Source of the DNA: Prasinococcaceae sp. CCMP 1430
Taxonomy: Eukaryota; Plantae; Prasinodermophyta
Length of the DNA stretch: 10,847 nt
NCBI GenBank assembly: GCA_013416795.1
Contig: RQSC01000456.1
Span: 1 to 10,847 of the forward strand
Direction of reading: 5' to 3'
Part shown: one piece after another, positions 1 through 10,590 of the stretch
Layout: each line of letters opens with the position of its first letter
Numbering within the stretch: position 1 is the first letter of the stretch
The notes under the pieces: model-generated
Database searches by the model: none
What the model was told of the DNA's origin: nothing
What the model saw: only the letters and a program-made list of their open reading frames with translations
Program-made: the position numbers and the translations under genes

Positions 1-49
1 CGGGGAGCGCCACACGCGGCCGCGTGCGCGGCGCGCGCGCGCCGGGCCG

Positions 50-71
50 GTGTGTGTGTGTGTGTGTGTGT
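50..71 (+). repeat. (GT)n microsatellite upstream of the kinesin ATG
   Basis: gtgtgtgtgtgtgtgtgtgtgt read directly. Confidence 0.95.
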
Positions 72-144
72 ACGTGCGTGTGCAGGCGTGAGGCTCAGCG
101 CACGCGCAGGCGCCCGCTCTGCCGCCTCGACGCCCGCGGCAGCA

Positions 145-3312
<3,168 letters not shown>

Positions 3313-3331
3313 CACGCGCACGCTCGCACAT

Positions 3332-3336
3332 TGTAA
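3332..3336 (+). terminator. Candidate TGTAA polyadenylation signal for kinesin
   Basis: TGTAA about 20 nt after the TAG. UGUAA is the established poly(A) signal in Chlamydomonas and other chlorophytes. Confidence 0.4.
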
Positions 3337-3555
3337 TCATGCCGCCCCGGGCGCCAGCCAGGCGCAGGTAGCACCGGCCGCCTGTGGGCGCGCCCGCCCC
3401 GCGCGTGTGTGCGCGCGCGCGCGCGCGCGCGTGGATGCAGATGTGTGGAAGTGAATGTGTGCGTTCGTGCACGCTCGCGCGCGCCCCAGCCGCGGCAGCG
3501 TGGCGCGGCTGGGCGCGCCCCGGGGCGCCGCCCCGCCCACGATCACGTCGCTCTG

Positions 3556-3560
3556 TTACA
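3556..3560 (-). terminator. Candidate TGTAA polyadenylation signal for PEX16
   Basis: TTACA on + (TGTAA on -), about 90 nt past the PEX16 stop. Confidence 0.4.
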
Positions 3561-3649
3561 TGCTGCCCTCAGTACGCTGCGGGCGTCGGGCTTGAAGTAG
3601 ACTCGGCGCAGGGGTGCGCGCGGCGGCGCGAGCGCGCACGCCGCGAGCA

Positions 3650-4981
3650 TCACAAGCTCGAGGTGTAAAAATAGTAGTACTGCGAGCCGACGGCGATCTC
3701 CACGAGGAAGGAGACGATGGTGCCGAGGAGGGGCACGCCCTCCGCCGAGCGCCCGACGGCCTCGAGCGGGCGCTTGGCAAGGATGTTGAAGATGGGGCTC
3801 CGCGCGAGGTAGTAGAGCAGCAGCGCGCGCCGGCGGCCGGTCTCGGCGCGCTCCTCTTGCAGCTGCGGGTGCCCCAGCGCGCGCACGAGCGCGGCCTTGG
3901 TCGCGGTGTCCATGTCGGCGAGGGTGAGTGCCTTCACAGCGGCGGCCAGCTTGTCCTCGCCCTCGCCGGCGCCCGCGCTGCTCGCGCTGCTGCCGTCCTC
4001 GCCAGCGTGGCCCACGGCGCGCAGCAACGCCTCGATCTGCTGCCTGGAGCGCACACGCAGCGCGTCGCTCGCGAGGTCGATACCCAGGCTGGACAGCCAC
4101 GGCATCCAGGCGGTGCGCCCGTACCGCCGCAGCATGAGCGCGTACAGCACCGGTCGCGTGATGTACAGCACCTCACCCGCCAGGCGCGCGCGCCGCGCCG
4201 ACGCGACCCGGCGCCGCTGCCGGCCGCCGTCGTGCCGGACGCCGCGCTCATAGCGCGTGGGCTCGCCCCCGCTGCGGCGGCGCCCGCGCAGGCGCTTCCA
4301 CCACGGCGCGTGCGCCTCCTCGACCGCCTGTTTCGCGTCCTCGGCGGCGCGCTCGATCCGCTCGAGCTCGGCGGAAGCGCTGGCGGTGCCCGCCGCGCGC
4401 GCCTTGAGACCGCCGAGAGCCCGAAGCGACAGCGCGCCCTTATCGAGCACCATGCGCCTGCCCGGAGCCGCGGAGCGGCAGCCACCCATGAGCGTGTGCC
4501 CCCCGCCGTCGAGGAGCGCGGCGAGCCTGAGGACGGCCTTGACGGCCTCGATTGCCGCCACCGTGCCGTACTTGTTGCGCCTGCCCTGCAGCATCTCGGC
4601 GATCATCTCGGTGAGCAGCTCGACCTGCTGCACGAGCGAGATCATCACGGGCCACGGCAGGGCGGGGCGGTGCTTGGGGCGGTCGGCGGCGCGCCCAGCG
4701 GCGCCTTGCCCCTTGCCGGCGTCGTCATCGCCGTCCGCGTCGCCGAGCACGTACGCGTTGACGACGCCGAACACGCCGAGCGCGCTGGAGACGGTCTCGA
4801 GCACCGCCTCGGACGACGCGAAGCGCTCGGGGACGAACCACGCGGCTGCCCCAATCGCGCCCTCGGCGGCCTCGAGCGACGCCGCGTTGGCGCGCGCCCA
4901 GCTCTTGTACGTCTCCAGCCACGTCGGCGGCTCGGGCGGCGGCGGCGCGGGCGGCAGCGCCGCCGACACGTCGACCGGCAT
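3650..4981 (-). CDS. PEX16: Peroxisomal membrane biogenesis protein PEX16, intronless, ~443 aa
   Basis: Matches plant/algal PEX16 blocks: LETYKSWARAN..WFVPERFASSE, LISLVQQVELLTEMIAE..KYGTVAAIEAVKAVLRL, GEVLYITRPVLYAL..YGRTAWMPWLSSLGIDL, RRRALLLYYLARSPIF..VPLLG and C-terminal YYYFYTS. Start placed at ATG 4981 (GCAATG, the same context as the kinesin ATG). In-frame ATGs at 5002 and 5053 are alternatives. The ORF-track extension to 5410 looks non-coding. Confidence 0.9.
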   Translation of the reverse strand: MPVDVSAALPPAPPPPEPPTWLETYKSWARANAASLEAAEGAIGAAAWFVPERFASSEAVLETVSSALGVFGVVNAYVLGDADGDDDAGKGQGAAGRAADRPKHRPALPWPVMISLVQQVELLTEMIAEMLQGRRNKYGTVAAIEAVKAVLRLAALLDGGGHTLMGGCRSAAPGRRMVLDKGALSLRALGGLKARAAGTASASAELERIERAAEDAKQAVEEAHAPWWKRLRGRRRSGGEPTRYERGVRHDGGRQRRRVASARRARLAGEVLYITRPVLYALMLRRYGRTAWMPWLSSLGIDLASDALRVRSRQQIEALLRAVGHAGEDGSSASSAGAGEGEDKLAAAVKALTLADMDTATKAALVRALGHPQLQEERAETGRRRALLLYYLARSPIFNILAKRPLEAVGRSAEGVPLLGTIVSFLVEIAVGSQYYYFYTSSL

Positions 4982-5399
4982 TGCATGTCGGCCCCTCCCC
5001 ATTCGAATTCCTCCGCCGCCTCGCACAGCTCCCGCCGCCGCGCCGCGGCCCATCGCGACGCCTCCCACACAGAAGCCCCTCTTCCCCTCTCTCCCTCCTT
5101 CCCTCACAGCGCGTGCTACGGGGGAGGGAGGGGGGGCAAGGGGGCAAGGGGGGGCGCCGCCCGCACGCCCTGTGGTGCGCACAGCCCGCGCGCGCGCGGC
5201 GGTTTCGAATTCGCATTTCGAACGCGGCTTCCGCGCGTTTCCCCAACGAGCCGAACGCGCGAACGCGCGCTCCGAACGCCGCCCGGCGCCGCAAAAGCGC
5301 ACGAAAAAAAAACGCGGGGGCGCGCGCACGCGCGCGCGAAAAAAAAGGTGGGACGTTCGGCACGTCAAAATGCGGGGGCCCGCGTCCCTCGTGAGGAAA

Positions 5400-5941
5400 T
5401 AAAAAAGCAAAAAAAAAAAGGGGGGGGCTTCGGCGCGTCGTTTGATGAGGCGATGCCCGCGGTGTGAGAAGCTCCTTGCTTTTGATATGGAGACGCGAAC
5501 AGGGTCTACTAAATCTCGCTTTTGATGTGAATAATAAGTGATTGTGCGCGTGGGTGAGGTTCAGGTTAGGACCCACACACCCAAAAGACCCCCCGCCGCG
5601 CGCGCGGCGGGGCGCGCCCCGCCGCCGCGCGTTTGCGGTTTGCGCGTTTGAAATAAGGGTCTGTGATCCTCGGCGCGAGACGTCACTTTGAATTGATTTA
5701 CGAAGCGGGATGTTGCGGTTCGGCGGGAGGGGCGCCCTTCCGGTGCAGCCAGCTGACGAGATTTTAGATTCGCGTCCCTACTTAGGGTAAATAATATAGG
5801 GTCTAAAATGAAACGAAGTTCATATGTATTTGAATTGCGTTGATTGGAGGTTGAGCTGGGCGAGGTTTAGGTTGGGAGTAGTGCCCGCGCCGAGCCCCGC
5901 AAACGCGGGCGCACAGAAATTGAGTGGCTGTTGCGTGTTAG
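5400..5941. promoter_or_regulatory. AT-richer divergent intergenic region (probable bidirectional promoter) between PEX16 and the methyltransferase-like gene
   Basis: Sharp drop in GC, A/T runs, stops in many frames, repeated AGGGTCT and TTTGA words, and position between head-to-head genes. Confidence 0.55.
5591..5625. repeat. Two overlapping perfect 22-bp palindromes (5591-5612 and 5604-5625)
   Basis: ccccgccgcgcgcgcggcgggg and gcggcggggcgcgccccgccgc each equal their own reverse complement (checked by hand). Confidence 0.9.
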
Positions 5942-5950
5942 GGCGCCACA
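5940..5950 (+). promoter_or_regulatory. Candidate promoter motif AGGGCGCCACA
   Basis: The identical 11-mer occurs on the minus strand at 10024-10034. It sits at the AT-to-GC transition before the methyltransferase-like gene. Confidence 0.4.
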
Positions 5951-7423
5951 GCGTGCGCGGGGGGCGGTGACGGCGCTGTCGATGGGGCTGAGGGCGAAGT
6001 TGAGGGTCTGGTCACCAGGCGGCGCGTTCTGGGCGCGCGACTGTCGTTCGTGTGCGTGGGTGGCGGAGCGCCCGCGCAGCTCGTGCTGGCCTTCGCCGCA
6101 TCGCGCGAGGTCGCTGTGGGCGCGGTTGTGCGCGCTCGCGGCGTGTGGCGCGGCGCGCCACGCGGCGGGCTTCTCGGCGGTGGCAGCGGTCTTGAGCTGC
6201 GCGTGGAGAGCTCGGACGCGCTCCACGTGCTCGTGCCTGCGCCCGATGTTCCCGCCGACGGCAGCGCAGATGGCGCGGACATTCCCTCGCCACTGGCGGC
6301 GATGGCGACGGGGTCGGGCTCCGCGCGCGGCGTCTGCCGGCGATGGCTGCGCGGGACTTGCACACTGGGTGACGCTTGCGTGTACCGCCACGCCACGCCC
6401 GATGCCCGCGAGTTGCGCGTCGCTGAGAGGCAGCGCGCCGAGCGCGAGGCTGCGCAGCTCGAGGCAGTGGACCCGCTCGATCCGTACGCTGCCACTGATA
6501 AGCTCCCAAAGGCCGCGCGCTTTCGTGTGCTGGCCCAATGGCTCGTTGACACGTATGGTATCGAGCAGCTGCGAGCTGGCGGCGGCGTCCTCGACGTCGC
6601 CGGCGGCGGAGGTGCGCTCTCTGCTGTGCTAGCCGCGGAGCATGGCGTGCAAAGCTGTGTCGTGGACCCACGCGGTGCCACGCCTGGCGGCACCGCGCGC
6701 GCCGTGCTCAAGCGCGACGCCAAGCGTCGGCGGCGAGAGGAGGCCAAGCAGCAGCGGCAGCAGCGCGCCGAGGGAGGGAAAACACATGCTGGCTGCGCAG
6801 ACGATGGGCAGGGCGACGTGAGTGGCGGTGCCATGGGCGATGTCGTGGGCGATGCCGACAACGACGCCCAGCCTCAAGGCGCACATTTGGGCCAGCAGCA
6901 GCAGCTGGCGGGCGTCGAGCACCAGCAAGAGGAGCAATTACACCAAGGGAAGCGTGGTGGGGAGGACGAACGCGGGCAGCGGCAAAGGGAGCGCGCACCA
7001 AGGCGGCGGCCGCTCATTCGACACCATCCGCTGTACTCGCATCGTGCGGAGATGTTCCTCTACCCCAAGTCCGGTGAGACCGTGGAGGGCGGGGAGGCTG
7101 CGGCCGCGGCTGCGCGCGCTCACACCGAAGCGTTGTGCGACGCCGCGGCTCTCGTGGTCGGACTCCACGCCGATGAGGCGACAGATGCAATTGTGGACGC
7201 GGCGCTCGCACAAGAGCCACCCAGGCCATTCGTGCTGCTGCCGTGCTGCTCATTTCCCGCGCGCCACCCGCCAGGCTCAGCACGCGCCGCCGCGGCGACG
7301 TCGCTGCAGCTCGCCGCGTACCTGCAGTCGCGGCACCCCGCTATTCGACGTGCGCACCTGCCTGTGCAAGGGCGCAACGTGGTCCTGTTCGTGCTGCCAC
7401 CCATGCATGTTGATAATAATTAA
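5942..7423 (+). CDS. Uncharacterised protein: OB-fold-like segment, CCCH zinc finger and class I SAM-dependent methyltransferase-like domain; start codon unresolved (frame open from 5942, first in-frame ATG at 6302)
   Basis: C-x7-C-x5-C-x3-H finger at 6335-6391 (CRRWLRGTCTLGDACVYRH). SAM motif I-like VLDVAGGGGALS followed by VVDPR. C-terminal VVGLHADEATDAIVDAAL..PFVLLPCC..GRNVVLF. A low-complexity Q/E/R/G insert lies at about 6710-7010. Stop TAA at 7421-7423. Confidence 0.8.
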   Translation, partial: GATACAGGGDGAVDGAEGEVEGLVTRRRVLGARLSFVCVGGGAPAQLVLAFAASREVAVGAVVRARGVWRGAPRGGLLGGGSGLELRVESSDALHVLVPAPDVPADGSADGADIPSPLAAMATGSGSARGVCRRWLRGTCTLGDACVYRHATPDARELRVAERQRAEREAAQLEAVDPLDPYAATDKLPKAARFRVLAQWLVDTYGIEQLRAGGGVLDVAGGGGALSAVLAAEHGVQSCVVDPRGATPGGTARAVLKRDAKRRRREEAKQQRQQRAEGGKTHAGCADDGQGDVSGGAMGDVVGDADNDAQPQGAHLGQQQQLAGVEHQQEEQLHQGKRGGEDERGQRQRERAPRRRPLIRHHPLYSHRAEMFLYPKSGETVEGGEAAAAAARAHTEALCDAAALVVGLHADEATDAIVDAALAQEPPRPFVLLPCCSFPARHPPGSARAAAATSLQLAAYLQSRHPAIRRAHLPVQGRNVVLFVLPPMHVDNN

Positions 7424-7451
7424 TTGAATGTGATGACGAGTGTGCTCTGAC

Positions 7452-9388
7452 TCAGAGTCCCTCCTTCGCCAGCAGGGCCTCCATTCTCTCCGCCATGCTC
7501 ATGAGCTGATCGCTCATCTTGTTGACCTTGCGCTCGTGCCTGTCCCAGTCGGTCTCGGGCTCGGGCGGGCCCTTCGACCCGTTGGCGTTCCAGTCCTCGA
7601 CGGCCTGGCCGTCCGAAATGCGGTGGTCCAACGCCTCGAGCTGTTCGAGTGCCTTCTGGGCCTGCGGCGGCAGGCCGTGGCGCTCCCGCACCCAGCGCGA
7701 GGGGAGCTCACGGCGGTCCTTGTAGTCAAAGGGCACATACGTGCGGCCCTCCTCCTTGAAGCACAGCGCCATCAGCCAGTTTTCCAACCCTGCGGACGGG
7801 CAAGGGAGCCGCAGCGGTCAACATTCGCGGCGCATGTGAGCGGCGGGCGGCGAGTGTCGCGCGTCCGCGCGTGCGACGCCCGCGCGCGTGCGGCTTGGCA
7901 CGCACCATAGTCGTCGTGGTCATCGTGGAAGAAGCGCACGCCAGGGCGTTGGCCGGGGGGGCCGGCGGCGCGGTTGTCGTCGCGTTTGCCCTTCTTCCAC
8001 TCGATTTCGCGCGGCGTCGGCTCTGGGCGCACCAAACATATCGTGAGGGTCTGCTTGTCGGCGCCATCGTCATCATCGCCGCCGTCGAGCGACCACAAGC
8101 ACTCCGGGGCGTCCACCGCGACGTGCCAGTCGCAGCGAGGCTTGCTCTTCTGCGCCTCATCAGTCTTGGTCCAATACGTTCGCCATGTTTCGATGTGCCC
8201 CTGCACCTTGCACGTGAACATCTTGTCCGTGAACTCAATTGTGATGTCATCCGGTTGCACCCAGTGCGGGCAGTCGATCTCCAGGACGACGTCGTCCTCG
8301 TTCTCGGTCATCTTCCATGGTGGCACCAAGCAGCGCACGCCGGCGGGGTCGCCCTCGAAGAGGCGCGCCCAGTGCTCGCCCGGGTTGGCTTTGTGCATCT
8401 TGACCAAGTAGAGCCCACTTTTCTTGCCGTCACCCATCACCTCGTACGGCTTGTCCATCGACAGCCCGTGCGCGAGAAGCCTGTCCACAATCGGCGCCTC
8501 CTCATTGCCCTTCTTCGTGTCCTCCCCCGCCAGCTTGAAGTACTTCCCATCGTCCAGCGTGAGACTGAAGCTCTTGTCCGGGCCGTAGGTGGGCGCGTAG
8601 CACGCAACGAATACGCAGGCGTCGGTCTGCGCCCACATGTAGTACCGCGCGAGCGCGCGCGAGTAAAGCTCGACGGCACCGCCCGCCTTGCTGGCGGCGT
8701 GCTTGCGTTCGCGCATGAAGCTGCGCGCGTCTTCCTTCTCGCGTTCGTCGCGGTGGTTGGGGTCCTCAAGCAGTCGCCGCCGCGCGTCCTCCTCCTTCTT
8801 GCGCTCCAGCTCCGCCTGCGCGCGCTGCTTGGTGCCATCCTTGTTGAATATTGGCCAGTGCAGGCCAAACTCGCCCTTCCAGTGCCGCTTGAGGCCGCAG
8901 AAGTCGCACATGGCCATGCCGCAGATAGCGCAGCGTCGATTGGAGGGCCGCCGGCACACCTCGCACACGACCACGAGCTGCGTGGCGGCGTCCACCCCGC
9001 CATCGAATCGTTTGTCGAACTCGTCCAGTAGGAGGTCCTCGCCGCCCTCGCCCTTCGCCGCGATGCCCGGAAGGTAGCGGAACTCGATCTCGGACTGCCA
9101 CACGTCGTACGCCTCGCGCGCCTTGGGGTCGGACAGCGTGTCGTACGCCTTCTGGATCTTGGCGAAGACCTCCTGCTTGCCGCCCTTGTCAGGGTGGTGC
9201 TTGCGCGCCATCGCCCGGTACGCCTCCTTGATCTGGCGGGGCGTGACCTTTTTGGTGACGCCCAGTGCGCGGTAGAGCTCCATGCCGTCGAGGTCGACGC
9301 CCTCCTGCGCGAACGGGTCGAAGTCCTCGTCGAGCGCCGACCACCCGCTCGGGCGCTCGTAGTCCTGGTTGTAGTTGCCGTACGCCAT
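7452..9388 (-). CDS. DnaJ (type III) co-chaperone with J-domain, B-box-like zinc finger and two CS/p23-like domains; complement(join(7452..7789,7906..9388)), ~606 aa
   Basis: J-domain at about 9104-9283 (LYRALGV..IKEAYRAMARKHHPDKGG..FAKIQKAYDTLSDP..R..YD) with HPD at 9188-9196. Cys/His cluster at 8858-8965. CS-like starts YYMWAQTDACVFV and WKMTENEDDVVLEID. A 116-nt GT-AG intron joins DDY-G-LENWLMALCF. Start ATG 9388 (GCCATGG); an upstream extension is possible. Confidence 0.85.
7790..7905 (-). other. DnaJ-gene intron (116 nt, phase 1)
   Basis: Minus strand G|GTGCGT...GTCCGCAG|GG TTG GAA. Branch-like CTCAC 46 nt upstream of the acceptor. Splicing joins the long ORF to ORF 7452-7787. Confidence 0.82.
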
Positions 9389-9456
9389 GGCGCCCCGTCC
9401 CGGGTTGTCTGCGCTCTCAGGACTGGTCGGACGGACCGGACCTACTCGGCGGGCGA

Positions 9457-9508
9457 CCAGCCAGCGCAACGGACCCCGGCTCCCAGCCAGCGCAACGGAC
9501 CCCGGCTC
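9457..9508. repeat. Perfect 26-bp tandem duplication
   Basis: ccagccagcgcaacggaccccggctc occurs twice (9457-9482 and 9483-9508). Confidence 0.95.
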
Positions 9509-9742
9509 CGGCGCTGGCACCCCGAGCGCCGGCCGCGTCAACGTCGGCACACCCGGTAGCGCCCGCGGTTCTCTCACCCTCCCTGCCGCGCCCGCGCGCG
9601 CGGCGGCGCGGGCCCGCGAATTCCGCGGCGGCGCGAGGCGAAGGAGACGAGAATGCGGACGGGGAGGGGGGCGGAGGGGGGGCCGTGGGAGCGCGCCGCA
9701 GTGCGCGCCGCGCGCGCGCACTGTGCCCGTCCGCGCGGGGTG

Positions 9743-9783
9743 NNNNNNNNNNNNNNNNNNNNNNNNNNNNNNNNNNNNNNNNN
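9743..9783. other. Assembly gap (41 N)
   Basis: Run of N; true length unknown. Confidence 0.99.
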
Positions 9784-9862
9784 CCAGCGGCGCGGTCCAG
9801 GTCTCGATCTTGGCGGCAACGGACATAGGCAGCGCCTGCTGCATGCGGGTATGCGCCATCAT
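9784..9862 (-). CDS. Putative coding exon MMAHTRMQQALPMSVAAKIETWTAPL, truncated by the gap; gene assignment unknown
   Basis: G/C-ending codon style like the real genes (GCG CAG CAG GCG CTG TCC GCC GCC AAG ATC GAG ACC). Tandem ATGATG start. Candidate promoter motif 161 nt upstream. Confidence 0.35.
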
Positions 9863-10023
9863 CGTGCCGGCGCCATCGCGGCCGCCGAACCGCCCGCCGC
9901 CGCAGCCCAAAGAGCGGCGAGGCAGGCAACCCGAGCTGAACGAACGCAGGAGGGGCGGAGCGGGGACAAGGGGGGCGGAAGAAGGGGGTGGAAGGCAGGG
10001 GGGGGGCTGCGCCGCGCGCGCGG

Positions 10024-10034
10024 TGTGGCGCCCT
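10024..10034 (-). promoter_or_regulatory. Candidate promoter motif AGGGCGCCACA
   Basis: tgtggcgccct on +, oriented toward the minus-strand exon and DnaJ gene. Confidence 0.4.
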
Positions 10035-10242
10035 CCGCCCCCGCCGCCCCGCCCTCGGAGCGCTCCCGGCGTTCGAGCGTCGACGCCATCAAAAACAAAG
10101 CAAAAGGGCATCCGCACGTCGAAACGCATTGCATTGCGGCAGAACATAAGCAGAAACGTTGGAACACATCAATTCATATGCTGCGGGCGGAAGCGCGCAT
10201 TTCGACGAGCTGACGTGTACGGGGAAAGCGAAGGACCGTGAT

Positions 10243-10450
10243 GGGGCTTTACATGTTTAGGGTTTGAATGTGTAACCTGAACTACATTGCGCTCCGGATG
10301 AATGTTCACTGTAGTGTCATGTATCACGATGGTAGACCCTGGTTTTAGTTTCGGGGCTTTACATGTTTAGGGTTTGAATGTGTAACCTGAACTACATTGC
10401 GCTTCGGATGAATGTTTACTGTAGTGTCATGTATCACGATGGTAGACCCT
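10243..10450. repeat. Tandem direct repeat: two 98-bp copies (10243-10340 and 10353-10450), period 110, two mismatches
   Basis: Aligned by hand. The copies differ only at 10294/10404 (C/T) and 10307/10417 (C/T). Each copy contains TTTAGGGTTT and ends GATGGTAGACCCT. Confidence 0.95.
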
Positions 10451-10488
10451 TTTTTGCGAGATGCGTGCACGTCGGTCGAATGGAGGAG

Positions 10489-10590
10489 GGGGAAAGCGAA
10501 GGAAATGTTTAGGGTTTTAATGTAACCTCAACCACGTCCCGCACGCAGCACTGTTTCATCTCAATTTTAGTTCGCCGATGGTAGACCCTT
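10489..10590. repeat. Degenerate third copy of the repeat unit
   Basis: GGGGAAAGCGAAGGA (also at 10221-10235), ATGTTTAGGGTTT.AATGTAACCT.AAC.AC and GATGGTAGACCCT recur in the same order. Confidence 0.8.

Noticed and set aside
5002-5222. TTCGAATTC and TTCGAA clusters as heat-shock elements
   Set aside because: Spacing does not fit nGAAnnTTCn.
4982-5410. N-terminal extension of PEX16 in the ORF track
   Set aside because: Low-complexity leader with homopolymer runs and no PEX16 similarity. Conserved sequence starts after 4981.
3614-5467. 617-aa + strand ORF and 381-aa ORF 4257..5402 antisense to PEX16
   Set aside because: No recognisable motifs and typical antisense-shadow composition. PEX16 explains the codon bias.
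5931-6632. 233-aa overlapping ORF containing ATG 5982 as an independent gene
   Set aside because: No domain signal and Arg/Ala/Trp-rich shadow composition. Its ATG is considered only under the frameshift hypothesis.
7871-9031. 386-aa + strand ORF
   Set aside because: Antisense shadow of the DnaJ gene.
9389-10147. Unspliced 253-codon N-terminal extension of the DnaJ ORF
   Set aside because: Frame continuity depends on an N gap of arbitrary length, and most of the segment is low-complexity and non-coding-like.
10294-10417. Two C/T differences between repeat copies as RIP or methylation-driven mutation
   Set aside because: Two sites are too few, and the direction of change is unknown.
10243-10590. 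Repeats as a CRISPR array, tRNA/SINE, or telomerase RNA template (AAACCCTAAAC on -)
   Set aside because: Eukaryotic context with no repeat-spacer pattern, no convincing A/B boxes or cloverleaf, and three tandem copies are unlike a single-copy telomerase RNA.
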